A DNA stretch of 64,000 bases, taken from positions 30,256,001 through 30,320,000 of the forward strand of contig OX597824.1 in the NCBI GenBank assembly GCA_951406725.2. Reading direction: 5' to 3'. Position numbers and translations under genes: made by a program. Every line of letters begins with the position of its first letter. The stretch's first letter is position 1. This document shows, piece by piece, positions 27,830 through 42,170 of the stretch. The notes under the pieces are model-generated. The model saw nothing but the letters and a program-made list of their open reading frames with translations. It was not told where the DNA came from and did no database searches. The DNA is from Octopus vulgaris (lineage: Eukaryota).

Positions 27830-28245
27830 TTGTGTGAGTGTTTGCCCCCCACCACCACCACTGCTTGACAACCGGTGATGGTGTGCTTACATCTCCGTAA
27901 ATTAGCGTTTCAGCAAAAGAGGCAGGTAAGTAGCATGCATTCGAATAAAAAGTAAGTACTGGTGTCTATTCATTCGACTAAAAATTTTTAAAGCGGTGCC
28001 CCAGCATGGCCACAGTCTAATTGACTGAAACAAGTTAAAGATAAAAGATAGAACCGTCTTCGATCTTTGGTAAAAAGTAACAACAGAGGCGCAGGTGTGT
28101 TTATGTCCTCGTCACTTAGCGGTTCGGCAAAAGGGACCGATAGAATAAGCACTGGGCTTACAAAGAATAAGTCCCGGGGTCGATTTGCTCGACTAAAGGC
28201 GGTGCTCCAGCATGGCCGCAGTCAAATGACTGAAACAAGTAAAAA
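27640..28245 (+). mobile_element. SINE family A, one full and one partial copy
   Basis: Repeated tail GGCGGTGC(T/C)CCAGCATGGCC. Confidence 0.8.
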
Positions 28246-28282
28246 AAATTTTTTTTTTTTAAACAGACTAGAAAACACTCAC

Positions 28283-28451
28283 CTTGTGTATCGCCCCATC
28301 CAGTGACCCAGCATTCGTCTCGACCAGTGAACGAATTCGTTTTAGAAGGTAGGCAAACAGTTTTAATGTATTCAGACAGTTGAACTGGTGCTGAAAGTTC
28401 CATGAGCGCTATATCGTTCGGATAACTTCCTCCATGAACGTAGAAAGGATA
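28283..28451 (-). CDS. Serine protease gene 2, exon 4 (YPFYVHGGSYPNDIALMEL...TVCLP...CWVTGWGDTQ)
   Basis: NDIAL catalytic Asp, VCLP, CWVTGWG; 169 nt, phase 0 to 1. Confidence 0.94.
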
Positions 28452-28693
28452 CTGGGATGATATAAGAATTATTTTTTAATCGACTTTGAAAAAAAAGTTA
28501 GTTTTAGGATGAAGGAAACAAGGACAAGTCAAGTTATTATGGGATCAGTGATCGACGAATCGATTAAAAATTGGTTACACAAATCCTTTGTCTAAAATAT
28601 GAGCTCTGGGCGTAAGTTATAAATTAGTGTCAACCAACAATTTGAAAGGGTCAGCTGAAGATTGACCGAATTGATGGAAATACAATTGAATTA

Positions 28694-29223
28694 CCGTAAA
28701 TCCTCGAGTATAATCCGCATTTTTTCCCCCAAATTTAAAGGTCAAAATCCCTAGTGCGTACTATATACTAGGTTAAAAATGAAAATTATTTTCTAAGAAA
28801 TGTCCGAGTCTCGATTTGCTATCCGGCAATGTTTATTCAGACGCATTTTGTGATGTCGGGCGCGAAAATACCTTAATCTAAGCCTGAAAGCAATGAACTC
28901 ATAAAAGAATCATCCATAACTTGCAGTAAGCAACATTTATTAAACGTTATTACTGTTATTACTGTTACTACTGTTATTTCTTTATTTTCTGAAAACAAAA
29001 TGCACAAAAAAGATACACGTTTGCATTATGTCATATATACAATAATAATAAAGGACGTTACCGTATACATTTTTACAAACCAAGGACGTTATATAAATCT
29101 CTTTGACTTAAGTTAGAGAAGGGGTGCGTATTATACACAAGGTTTAGGTTTTTCAGAGGTACAGCCCCCTGAAATTCCCCTGCGTATTATACTCAAGGGC
29201 GGACTATACTCGAGGATTTACGG
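28694..29223. mobile_element. Tc2/pogo-like MITE
   Basis: TIR CCGTAAATCCTCGAGTATA(A/G)TCCGC at both ends, TA duplication, no ORF. Confidence 0.85.
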
Positions 29224-29289
29224 TATATCCCGGAAATCGTTTCGATATTTCGTCTACGACCTACTAGTGGTCGTTGTATCTGCTGTTTT

Positions 29290-29815
<526 letters not shown>

Positions 29816-30156
29816 AATGGTAAAATTATTTCTTGAAATGAATCGGAGACTATATGAAAAAGCGTGTCTCGAAGAAACGAAGGAAATACTTGGGCAAACG
29901 AACGACACAAACTACGCGGCCTGCGAACTTATTATTATAATCATCCTACCATCTCAAAAACGGATATATTTGTACAGGATAAAGAACACCCGAGCATAGT
30001 ATGATAGGAAAGAAGACGAGATGGTCACACTTTTAATGGCGGCTGAATAATACTGGCTTGACTGACGGGAACGCGGAAATATGCAAGTGGATAAAATCCG
30101 AAAGTGACAAATATAAATTTAATAAATTGAAATATGAATGGAAAAATATGATTTAC

Positions 30157-30253
30157 CACTACAATTTTCGAAACTTTTCTGAATCGTACACTGAATGCGT
30201 CTTTATAGAGTTCTGTAACACCAAGAGCAATCTGAAGATGGTAGGGATTTTGC
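30157..30253 (-). CDS. Serine protease gene 2, exon 3 (QNPYHLQIALGVTELYKDAFSVRFRKVSKIVV)
   Basis: ttttcttttcag acceptor, gtaaat donor; 97 nt, phase 2 to 0. Confidence 0.88.
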
Positions 30254-30410
30254 CTGAAAAGAAAAGAAATTCGTAAAATATACAAAGGAGTCGGTACACG
30301 GAAGAGAGACTTTAATAATACTCAAATTGGAAAAACGAAAGACCAACACGTTCTGAATTTAAAAGCTTACACACACAACCTTATGCGAAGATGAGTGACG
30401 ACAAACACAA

Positions 30411-30474
<64 letters not shown>

Positions 30475-30476
<2 letters not shown>

Positions 30477-31092
30477 GACGGGCTTTCTTTCAGTTTCCGA
30501 CTACCAAATCCACTCACAAGGCTTTGATTGGCCCGAGGCTATAGTAGAAAACACTTGCCCAAGGTGCCACACAGTAGGACTGAACCTGGAATCATGTGGT
30601 TGGTAAGCAAGCTACTTACCACACAGCCACTCCTGCGCCTATGATATATATTTTCATTTCCCGTGTTTATTCGTTATAAGTACATACAAATATATTCTTT
30701 ATTTCTTTCAATCATTTGACTGCGGCCATGTTGAAGCACCGCCTTTAGTCGAACAAATCGACCCCAGGATTTATTCTTTGTAAGCCTAGTACTTATTCTA
30801 TCGGTGTTTTTTGCCGAACCGCTGAGTTACGGAGACGTAAACACACTAACATCGGTTGTCAAGCGATGTTGGGGGCACTAACACATCACAGACACGCGCA
30901 CACACACACACACACACTTATATATATACGACTGGCTTCTTTTCAGTTTCCGTCTACCAAATCCACTCACAAGGCTTTGGTCGGCCCAAGGCTATAGTAG
31001 AAAACACTTGCCCAAGGTGCCACGCAGTGGGACTGAACCCGGAACCATGTGATTGTAAGCAAGCTACTTGCCACACAGCCACTCCTGCGCCG
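30475..31092 (-). mobile_element. SINE family A, partial plus full copy
   Basis: Two tRNA heads ending at about 30640 and 31092. Confidence 0.8.
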
Positions 31093-32100
31093 ATATGTAT
31101 ATACATATTTTATATATACAGAAGTTCCACCTCAAATTCGTTGTCCTAAGCCTCAGTTACAATATCTTCATTTTCGGTTACTTGGTAGTTTATCTCGATT
31201 TTGTCATCGTCAACTTAAACGTCATCATTGTAGGATGGGGCAAATCGTTTTTTTATGACCAAACATTGACATCTGTGATTACTTGTCGCAAAATTATAAA
31301 CTAATGTAAACATTAAAACGTTTTCTAAAGGATCACAAGTTTAGTATAAAAATCGTCGTATTTTAGATAAACATATTTAATACATTAGATGTACATAAAA
31401 CTATTTGTATCATACATATAATACACGGCAAATGCAAAAATTTGTAACTCACAGTTTAACCTTCTGTGGGGGGTTTTTCTGTTTATTTTTTGGGGCTTAT
31501 TTTTTTTACTTTTTAAGGAGTACTTAGATTTTACTAGAAATGTTGCCGAGTCAACTTGTTCAATTGACTTACTCAAAGCTTTTACGTACTCATGCAAAAT
31601 GCATTATATTTTCCTGCCTTTAGTAAAATAAACGCGAAAATAAAAGTGGCTATTATTAATGAAACTTTGGTGCTGGTAAGTAACAGTCTTCTTTTTCATT
31701 TTCTATTATATTACCACCTTTTAGGATATGTCATTTCCATAATGATGAAAGCACCTGTAAAATTCCACCAAATCCAATCTTCTGTTTAAAGTTGCAAAAG
31801 ACTGTAACTTCTCTGAGAGACAAAGATTACACCTTCTCGAACCACTAACGCAAGGAAATGTGTGTTCTTTAATGAACCAGTTGATTTAATAATTGTAAAT
31901 ATTATCATTGTTTTTCTTTATGAAGTGGTGATATATATATATATATATATCGCGCGAGCACACACACACACACACACGTTAATTAATGTCCGGGTTCAAA
32001 TTCTGTCAATCAGCTTCGACGTTGTAATTTATCTGCTGGAAATATTTACTATATTTAGTTCAATAGACTGCACGTGTGTGTGTTTGTATTTACACACACG

Positions 32101-32148
<48 letters not shown>

Positions 32149-32220
32149 ACACACACACACACATACATACATACATACATACATACATACATACATACAT
32201 ACATACATACATACATACAT

Positions 32221-33290
32221 TAAATGTCGCATCATATCCCTTCGGCAACATCTTTTAACCACAAAGCGTCGAAGTGCATCCCTTGACCAAGTTTGCATAC
32301 ATGAAGCTGCTAACACAAAACTAGGAAGGCAGCCCCTTGAGCAACACTCTTCGTCTGATAACCTAGAAATCGCACGACTCTACCGCAACATTTCATCAGA
32401 TGAAAGGATGATCCTGTATGAGCAGACGACTATGCATGGCTATGTTAGTAGAAAGCTCCGAGATAATAGTAACATCGATCATTAAAACAGTTTATCATGG
32501 ACCAATGCCTGGATTACTATCTCCCACTTTGAAGGGTATGCGTTTGCAATCCAAGAACAGGAAATATCAACCAAGTACTTGATGCACAAAAGGGATAGAA
32601 ATGCAGGAAAAGCCGTAAAATGTGACAACTGATGCAGACCTTGTGGAGTTCACACTGAAGATATCAGCCACGTCATAAGCAGTTGTCCGAAAATGTCATC
32701 ACGATATTATCTATCGATGAGACATGACGTTGTAGCTAGGACACTCTATAACGAAATCCGTCGAAAGGATAATTCCGACGACAAAGAAATAAAACCCCAC
32801 GATATGGTAGAAGCGATAGCCACTCATAATGGAAAGGAATACTAATGGAATGTACCAGTGAAAACTTCAATAAAATGTGAGCACAACAGACCTGATATAA
32901 TGATTTGGGATAGAGAAGAGAAACTGTGGAAATCAGCTGCCCAGCGTATGTTAACATAAAACTGAAGATCAGTGAAAAAGAGACCATCTATGCTTAACTA
33001 CTGAGAAATCTACAGTTACTCTATCCAAATTAGAAGTTCAGATTTATACCTGTAATTATTGGGGCCCTGGGATATGTAACACACTGCCTAAATATCAATC
33101 TGGGAAATTAAGCTTCTGAAAACCAGAAAGGAGAAAGCTAATTCGAAGGCTACAGATCCAATCCATCACCGGAACTGTAAAAATATGTAAAACTTACCAG
33201 AGGTTTATCGGTTGAATATATATGAGCATGTCTAGATATGTAACTCTATGCATGAGAATACATTCATAAAACATACAACTCTGCACATAC
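32221..33290 (+). mobile_element. 5'-truncated R4/Dong-like LINE (CCHC knuckle plus PD-(D/E)xK restriction-like endonuclease), degenerate
   Basis: CRPC...HVISSC, RHD.VAR and HNRPDIMIWD motifs; flanked by (CATA)n. Confidence 0.8.
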
Positions 33291-33396
33291 ATACATACAT
33301 ACATACATACATACATACATACATACATACATACATACATGCATGCATACATGCATACATACATACATACATACATACATACATACATACATACAT

Positions 33397-33427
<31 letters not shown>

Positions 33428-33552
33428 TACATACATACATACATACATACATACATACATACATACATACATACATGCATGCATGCATACATACATACAT
33501 ACATACATACATACATACATACATACATACATACATACATACATACATACAT

Positions 33553-33583
<31 letters not shown>

Positions 33584-33695
33584 TACATACATACATACAT
33601 ACATACATACATACATACATACATACATACATACATACATACATACATACATACATACATGCATGCATGCATGCATACATACATACATACATACA

Positions 33696-33729
<34 letters not shown>

Positions 33730-33730
33730 C
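33285..33730. repeat. (CATA)n microsatellite
   Basis: Directly visible. Confidence 0.95.
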
Positions 33731-34369
33731 ATGAAGACTACAGATCCAATCCATCACTAGACCTGTTAAAATCTGTAAATCAAGGTTAGAAACCGGTTCT
33801 TTCTCTATTGGCAAGAAATCTTGAAATAAACTGAATAATAACATACACTCACACACACAGAATAATATTCTGTGAGAAAAAAGAAATGGCAAGCACGGAT
33901 CGTGTAAAGGATTTCATAAAATGTTAACATAAAAGCAATAAGGAAGAATTTTGTCTGTCTCCTACGACGCTCACTCTTTCACTGGTTAAATAGGTTAGAC
34001 AAACAGTACGATGGGTTGATGCCATGGAGTTTAGATAAACGAATAGATCGAGATAAAATGTTTAATCTAAGCTGGCCTTTAAAAACATAATCCATTCAAA
34101 CGATAAAATGCTAAAGGTCTCACGATAGGTGCTAACACCATGCCAGGAGATATCCTAGCGCACAACCACCACCACCACCACCGCCATTGCAAGTCACCGA
34201 ATCATTAAAAGCAACATCCACTGATGTGGAACAACTTTTTAGACTTTTAGTGAAAACAGATAACTCTAGTTGCTAATAACGACGATCCAGTTACTTGTAT
34301 AAAATAACACTTGGATATTCTTTTATATTAAATATATCACGCTATCCAACTCGTGGTTTATCGTTTGTC

Positions 34370-34630
34370 TTTCACTTGGTTCAGTCATTAGACTGCGGCC
34401 ATGCTAGGGTACGACCTTGAGGAAATTTAGTCAAACGAATCGATCCCAGTACTTATTTTTATATGCTTGGTCCTATATCTGTTGGTCTCTTTTGCTGAAT
34501 CGCTAAGTTACAGTGACTTAAACGCATCAACACCGGTTGTCAAGCAGTAGTGGGACAAAAACACACACACACATACAGCCACCTGCACACACACATACAC
34601 ACGCTTGTGCGCACAAACAAACTCACACAC

Positions 34631-34661
<31 letters not shown>

Positions 34662-34676
34662 TGTATGTATGTATGA

Positions 34677-34709
<33 letters not shown>

Positions 34710-35070
34710 TGTATGTATGTATGTATGTATGTATGTATGTATGAATGAATATATGTATGTATGTATGTGTGTATGTATGTATGTATGTATGTATGTATGT
34801 ATGTATGTATGTGTGTATGTATGTATGTATGTATGTATGCATGTATGTGTGTATGTGTGTATGTGTGTATGTATGTATGTGTGTATGTATGTATGTATGC
34901 ATGTATGTATATGACGAGCTTCTTTCAGTTCCCGTCTACGAAATCTACTCACAAGGCTTTGGTCGGCTCGAGGCTATTGTAGAAGACATTCATCTAAGGT
35001 GCCATGCAGTGAGACTGAACCCGGGACCATGTTGTAGGGAAGCAAACTTCTTACCACACAGCCACGACTG
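34370..35070 (-). mobile_element. SINE family A with long internal (TATG)n
   Basis: Head and tail separated by about 350 bp of microsatellite. Confidence 0.75.
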
Positions 35071-35233
35071 TTTATTAACAGACTTCATTTTTCAGTCATT
35101 TCAAATCTTCCCCATGGACAAATTTTGTAGGCGCAGGAATGGCTATGTAATTAAGAAGCACGCTTTGTAACAGTGTAGTTTTGGGTCAGTCCCATTGTGC
35201 GGCACCAATTAGCATTTACAATGTAAAAACCTA

Positions 35234-35434
<201 letters not shown>

Positions 35435-35941
35435 TCAAATTTTGTATTGAGGGAGGGGCTAAGTCGATTTCGTCGACCCCAGTGTACAACTGGTACTTAT
35501 TTTAACAAACCCTCAAAAGGTTGAAAGGTAACGTCAACCTCGACAGAAACTGAACTCAGAACATAAAGAAGGACGAAATGCAGCTAAGTATTTTGCCTGG
35601 CGTGCTAGTATCTGCCGGCGTCCCGCTCTATACGAACGGAAATATTGATAAATTGTGAATTGTTTCAAAGAGAAATATTGGCGGAAACTGGAAATACATA
35701 TCGTTATAGTTACAGGTTACACAAAAATATTTGTTATCATTTGAATTTTTTTTTCACTGGGACCACAAAATTCCATCCTGAAATAAGGGATAATGGTAGT
35801 TACTGAGTATGAACATTCAACATTCAAAGTATGATTAGATATACTGTAAAAGAAAAAAAAACATGTTTAATGTTTGTAGTTCTGTACAGTCATAGTTATG
35901 ATGTTCGTGTGCACTTGAATTTAGAAAGACAATACACTGTA

Positions 35942-36507
35942 TTGGATTGTCCGGAAAGTTCGTGCCGATTTTTAAAGGAAAGAAAAAAGTCAATAAATAC
36001 TTGCCATTACATTTTTAATCAACCAAATATGAACCATTTTGTTGCACAATGCGTCTCCATCTTTCCTTTAACTTGAAAATACTCTCTTCCCAGAATTGGG
36101 GTGGTTTCATGGCAATGAATTCATCAAGGTATCCTTTTACGTCATCCAAGGAATTGAAATTTTTACCATTAAGACTATTTTGCAGAGACCTGAATAAGTG
36201 GAAATCCGAAGGAGCAACATTTGGTGAATATGGAGGGTGGGGTAACACATACCAGCCGAGCTGCAGCAATTTTTGTCTGGTTCCCAAAGCATCAAGTGCC
36301 GAAAATGAAATTTCTTACCTTCCATTTTAAAGGGTTACAAAATTAACACAGGTTATAGGAACATAAACCTTCTTCCACGAAAAGATAGCTTAAGCTGTGC
36401 TCTAAATGGAAGTGTAGTCAAATCCTATTTTATGGACTCAACCATGTTCTAAAGTAAGTCGAAATGTAAGCTACTATAAATCGGCACGAACTTTCCGGAC
36501 AACCCAA
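35942..36507 (-). mobile_element. Internally deleted mariner element
   Basis: About 30-bp TIRs TTGGATTGTCCGGAAAGTTCGTGCCGATTT, TA TSD; transposase C-terminus LPHPPYSPNVAPSDFHLF and N-terminus MEGKKFHFRH. Confidence 0.92.
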
Positions 36508-37760
36508 TACAAACTATCTCGAGATAAGTCGATTTATTTATGTCCCCACATAGCGTCTCAGAAATATACCGATAAAATAAGTACCACACTTAAAAAGACG
36601 TAAGTTCTGAGGTCGATCTGTTCGACCAAAACTCTTCAAGGTGATGCCCCAACAAGGCCGCAGTTCAATGACTGAAACAAGTAAAAGTTGAAAGATAACT
36701 ACAGATGTATTGTGGTTGCATTACATATATAAAGTAGATAAAAACGAGACTTGAGTTTCGGGTCTCGTTTCATAGATTTGTATTCTATTCAGGAATGTTG
36801 AGGTATGTTTCCAGTTTTTATTGCTTTAATCTAGAGGAAAGTTGTGTTTCCAAAGCCATTGTAAAACTTCCGAAACAGGTAAGTTTGGTACGGTTAATTC
36901 TGTTCTTGAACAGTCGCAAGTTAATTGCTCAACGGGGAAAAACACATGGACAGAAAGGAATTTCCAAAGGGATGGCATTTTAGGAAGGAAAGACTGGAGG
37001 CAGTGTTTAGTGCGAGCAACATGAGACAGGATATGAGTGACGAGGAAAGTAGAGAGAGGATGTAGAATGGAGAGGGAGACAGAAAGAGAAGTGGTAGAAG
37101 GGGAGAGAGAGACAGAGAGAAAGAGAGAGAGTTGGAAGGGTTGGACTGAGCTGAGTATAGATGGCATGAAACCAACTAACTCCAAGGAGCACTGGCCCTT
37201 ATAGTAGCGACAGAAAACACAGAAAGAGGAGACACTGCATCTGTTAGAAGTTAGAGTATATTGTGAGCAATTGTCATATCAGTTACTCTAGGCTTACTTA
37301 GAATGCGGTCTTGAACGTCTGTATACTGTCAGCAGGCCGTCCCACTAAGGAATTATCTTCTGGTCCTAGAGAAGACGGCAAGCTAGTCTCGGGTCTCTGT
37401 GATGCAGTTTTTGCTAAACTGAGACTGTTCATTTACCAGAAGAGATCCCCGATAATAAGGGATAATAATAAGAAAGTACCGAAAATTCAATACAATACGC
37501 CACTGATCCTAATATCGGTTGGAGAAAGTATATAATTGGCTGTAAATATAAAGTCCTTGCTTTTAATCTGTCCAGGAGTGTTGAGTTGTGTTCATAAGTT
37601 TCCATAAGTAATATTTTAAATCTTTAGTGATTCCGAGATCGAATCGCAATATCAATACTAATTTGCTTCTAATTATTACTATAAACGATTTGAATGGTCT
37701 CGGGTGGGGAAGCCATGAGCATCACAATTTCAATTTGGCACCCAGAGAGGGAAATATATA

Positions 37761-37942
37761 CCGTATTTACTCGTGAGTAAATCGCACTTGTGTATAAGTC
37801 GCACCCCTAATTTAATGTTAACTTTTGGTACAAAATTTTTTACCCTTCATAGTTTTCGCTTCACTCCTGAATATAATCGCACCCTAGATTTTCATTTAAA
37901 ATCGAGTATAAAATAACGGGAACTCCACACGAGTAGATGCGG
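37761..37942. mobile_element. Short Tc2-like MITE, degenerate
   Basis: TA-CCGTATTTACTCGTG ... CACGAGTAGATGCGG ends; internal TCGCAC repeats. Confidence 0.55.
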
Positions 37943-38021
37943 CTAATAAAAAAAATATTGACATTTGGTAAGATCGAGGTTTCAAATTCTTAAGTGCACA
38001 TTTTCACTGATTTATACTTAC

Positions 38022-38340
38022 CTGGTCTCTCTGTTCTGCCAAATGTACCATTTCCTGAATTCAACGCTGTCGTATTGAAGATACATACTTTCCAGGCGTC
38101 GGAGAAAACTGTACCGTTTTTGCAATGGAAGTAGCCATAGAATCTTCCTCGATAGCATATACCAAATTGATTCTTATTATATGGGTGGGTGAAGTAAGAA
38201 TATAGACAATTAGAACAAGGCGACTGTAAAAAACATTCACTGGGGACGGCATTGAAAAGCTGTTTATCGTTTGTAGAATTCACGTTGAAATGTAACTGAA
38301 AGAAAATTATAAAAGACAGCAACCTTGCAGAGAAGTGCAT
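38022..38340 (-). CDS. Serine protease gene 2, exon 1: signal peptide plus atypical chitin-binding type 2 (CBM14/peritrophin-A-like) domain
   Basis: ATG and hydrophobic N-terminus; YFTHP...F.IC...Y...C..GTVFS....VC pattern; gtaag donor phase 1; the six exons total 1047 nt = 348 aa plus stop. Confidence 0.85.
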
Positions 38341-38363
38341 TATGTCAGTTTTGCCCTGTTTGG

Positions 38364-38423
<60 letters not shown>

Positions 38424-39019
38424 AAATGTATGTATGTATTTATATATATATATGTATAAATGTATGTATGTGTTTATATATATATATGTGTGTGTATATA
38501 TATATATATGAATATGTATATATATGCGTGTGTGTGTGTTTGTGTATCATTTTGTGTGGTATTTGTTTGTATGGTTAGATGTACACAAAAATATCCTGTA
38601 TAATGTAAACTACATTTTGTGTTTATAATACTTTAATGTATGAGCGTGCGCGTGTGTAAACATAAATCTATATACATACACATAAATAATATACTTATAT
38701 TCATACATATACACACACACATGTATACAAAGCATCTGATAAGTATATATGCCCTCTCTCCCTTTCTTTCCACCCCTCTCCCTCTCTCTCTCTCTCGCTT
38801 TCTATATTTTTCCCTTTCTCTTTTTCACAACCTCCCTAAAAACTCCCTAAGTTTTCTACCCAATAAACATCTAACTGAAAACTTGAATGATCAGTTTTAA
38901 CCAAACTATGTTCCATTGTTGAAGCTGTTTCACATACAATACACCTTCACAAAAAATAGCGTGTGCTATTATGTGCATGAGTATATGCATGTGTGCTTGC
39001 GCATGTATATGTGTGTGTA

Positions 39020-39074
<55 letters not shown>

Positions 39075-39289
39075 TGTGCGTTAGTGCCTTAAAGCATGTC
39101 TGTCTCTATGAAGAGATTGTCACGCCTGCATATGTGTGTAATGTGTTTGCGTGCGTGCGTTCGCGTATGTATATATATATATATATATGCATACAGTGAT
39201 ATTGTGCATAAACGCATAAGCAGTTGACTACATGCGCATAAAAGCATATCCACGTATACACCATATATATATATGAATGTGTGTGTGCG

Positions 39290-39341
<52 letters not shown>

Positions 39342-39342
<1 letters not shown>

Positions 39343-40526
39343 AAGGTGCGATGAATAAATTGTCGTCTAAATTACGCAAAAATGAAAATAACACTGACAT
39401 CACATTTTAACAGATATATTTACAAAAATTACATGAAAATATGAAATTACATAAAAATCTCTTGCAACTCTTCTGGATGGTCTCTTTGTTTAAGTTAGTG
39501 AATGCTGCCATAATCCTTGCCTTCAGTTCATCTTTGGTGTTACAAGGAGTTATGTTCGTCTCTCGCTCAACAGCATCCCACACATAATAACCAAGGCGTT
39601 TGCAGACTGGGGAGTTAGGTGGCCAGATGTTAGGGGTGATGTGGTCGCAGAAATTGTCAGACAGCCATGACATGACTGGGTTCTCCTGCTTTTGTGGCAT
39701 GATACAAAGTCCTGTTGCCAAACATAGGGTCTTCCAGCAGTCATCCTCTTGACCCAAGGCAGCATTACCTCCTCCAGGTACTTGATCTAGGCCTCCGTGT
39801 TAAGTCTGAGTCCGTGTGGGAAAATGAATGGAAGCATAACCTCGTCATCACTAGTGATCACTCCAAACACCAGGATGTCGACTGGATGTTTGATTTTTAT
39901 CACTCTCAGTACATGCTTTGGGGACACGGCAAGCCAACGGTTGTTCTGTGTGTTCACCATCTGGTCTCTCGTGTTTGAGTTTGTCCAAAAGCTTCGTAGC
40001 GCGGTCTTTCCGCTTGTCCTTGATGGCTTGGGATAAAACTGGCCTTTTCCCATCTTGTATGAGGAATACCGAATGTCTTCATGCACTACCTGCTTTATAA
40101 GAAACTCAAACATTCTCATGTCCTTGATTAACTTGGAGGGATCGTTGTCAATCATGACCTAGATCTCACCAACAAATTCAGGAGTTCTTTTCTTATCAGA
40201 ACGACCAGAGTGAATTCTACGAGCTGCCGTACATTCGTAATCACCATTAAACTCATCCAACTCTTTCCGAATCCTCTGCACTCTCCTCCGATTGACACCC
40301 AAACACTCTGAAATGTTCGTATTGGAGCTTCAGGCGCGAATGCCAAGCAGTACAGCATATTATTTCCAAATTACTGGCAGAGTGAATCGAGTCATGGAGT
40401 TGTTTTTCTCACAAATGGTGCCCAACTAACCCTACTATACAGTGTAGTCGACAAAATCAAAACCAAACAATACTCACGCGCGAAATTAAAAATATAACAT
40501 GGCGACAATTTACCCATTGCACCTGC
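39342..40526 (-). mobile_element. Tc1/mariner-superfamily (maT-like) transposon, degenerate
   Basis: Imperfect TIRs CAAGGTGCGATGAATAAATTGTCG / CGACAATTTACCCATTGCACCTG; VWQQD and WPPNSP...YYVW motifs in broken frames. Confidence 0.85.
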
Positions 40527-41524
40527 ATATATATATATAGGTTGAGTTCTATTGCATCCTTTACTTTGGAGGGTTCCAAAGGTGCGATTACTAACAAAAA
40601 TTCTTTATATTTCGTTGGTAGCTTACTAGCGTAAGAGTTTTGCGAATATGAAATTATTACATGTATATGGTGTGTGATGAGAATTTATGGAAAGGTATCC
40701 CATAGAAACTCAACAAGTATGTTAAAGATGGAGAAGAAAAGATATTAAAATTTAAAAAAAGAATTGTAATACATGCATACGATCGTTTCGAACAGCAATA
40801 TTAACATGTAAAATACATGGTAGAATAATTAGAAATTAATTAAATTAAATTAAATTAATTACATATCACTGTTCTCCCCAACGCAAAAAAGAGTACATCC
40901 TAAAATTATTATTATTGTTACAGAAGACTTGATGGAAGAAATAGTAAGTAACATAATCGGATATACATATTTATCCTTATGGAAGATCATGAGCATCCTA
41001 ACAAAAAAGTGTTGTTGAGTCTAGTTGTGAAAAAACTAAAACTTATGCGTCTAACGGTTATTTGAGAATATAAGTGAAAGATCTTATCTTCCATATGCAT
41101 GTATTAAAATTCTTTTTTTTAAATTTTAACATCTTCTCTCCTCCATCTTTAACAGTTTGTTGAGTTTCTATGTAGATACCTTTCCATAAATTCTCATCAC
41201 ACACCACATACATACATACATACATACATACATACATACATACATACATACATACATACATACATACATACATACATACATACAAACAAACAAACATATA
41301 TAAACACATAAGTATATAAACATATATATGTATACACACACACATAAGCAACAAAACCTCCATAACAAGAAGCCCCTAAACGAGTGTTACCCTCAGCAGA
41401 ATTCGAACCCCAATGAAGAACTAATAAAACATTGCTTGATATAGAACACAATACGAAATGCAGAGTCATATATACACATATTTTATTGCATTAAAAATTT
41501 TGTGTGTGTATGTATCTATAATAT

Positions 41525-42170
41525 TGATTTCAAATTTTGGCACGAGGCCAGCAATTTCGCGACTCCAATACTGAGCTGGTACTTATTTTATCGACTCCGA
41601 AAGGATGAATAGCAAAGTCGAATTTGAACTCAGAACATAAAGATGGATGAAATGCCGCTAAACATTTCGCCCGGTGAGCTAACGATTCTGCCAGCTCCCG
41701 TCTATATGTGTAATACTGTTGACGTCATATGAATTGGAACTGGATCTCGAAGCACATACAAAGCTGTAAATAATCCTTTCTAATATAGGCACAAAGCCTG
41801 AAATTTCGGGAGAGGGGGTAAGTCGATTACATCGACACCAGTGCTCAACTGGTAGATATTTTATCGACCTCGAAAGGATGAAAGGTAAAGTCGACCTCGG
41901 CGGAATTTGAACCTAAAACGAGATGACAGACAAAATACCTATTTCTTTACTACCCACAAGGGGCTAAACACAGAGAGGACAAACAAAGACAGACAAACGG
42001 ATTAAGTCGATTACATCGACCCCAATGCGTAACTGGTATTTAATTTATCGACCCCGAGAGGATGAAAGGCAAAGTCGACCTCGGCGGAATTTGAACCCAG
42101 AACGTAGAGACAGACGAAATACCGCTAAGCATTTCGCCCGGCGTGCTAACGATTCTGCCAGCTCGCCGCT
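41525..42170 (-). mobile_element. Cluster of family B SINEs
   Basis: Repeated ATCGACCCCGAAAGGATGAAAGG-like cores. Confidence 0.8.

Noticed and set aside
36796-37655. Possible solo LTR (TGTTGAG...TCAATA)
   Set aside because: Terminal CA and TSD do not match, so boundaries cannot be supported
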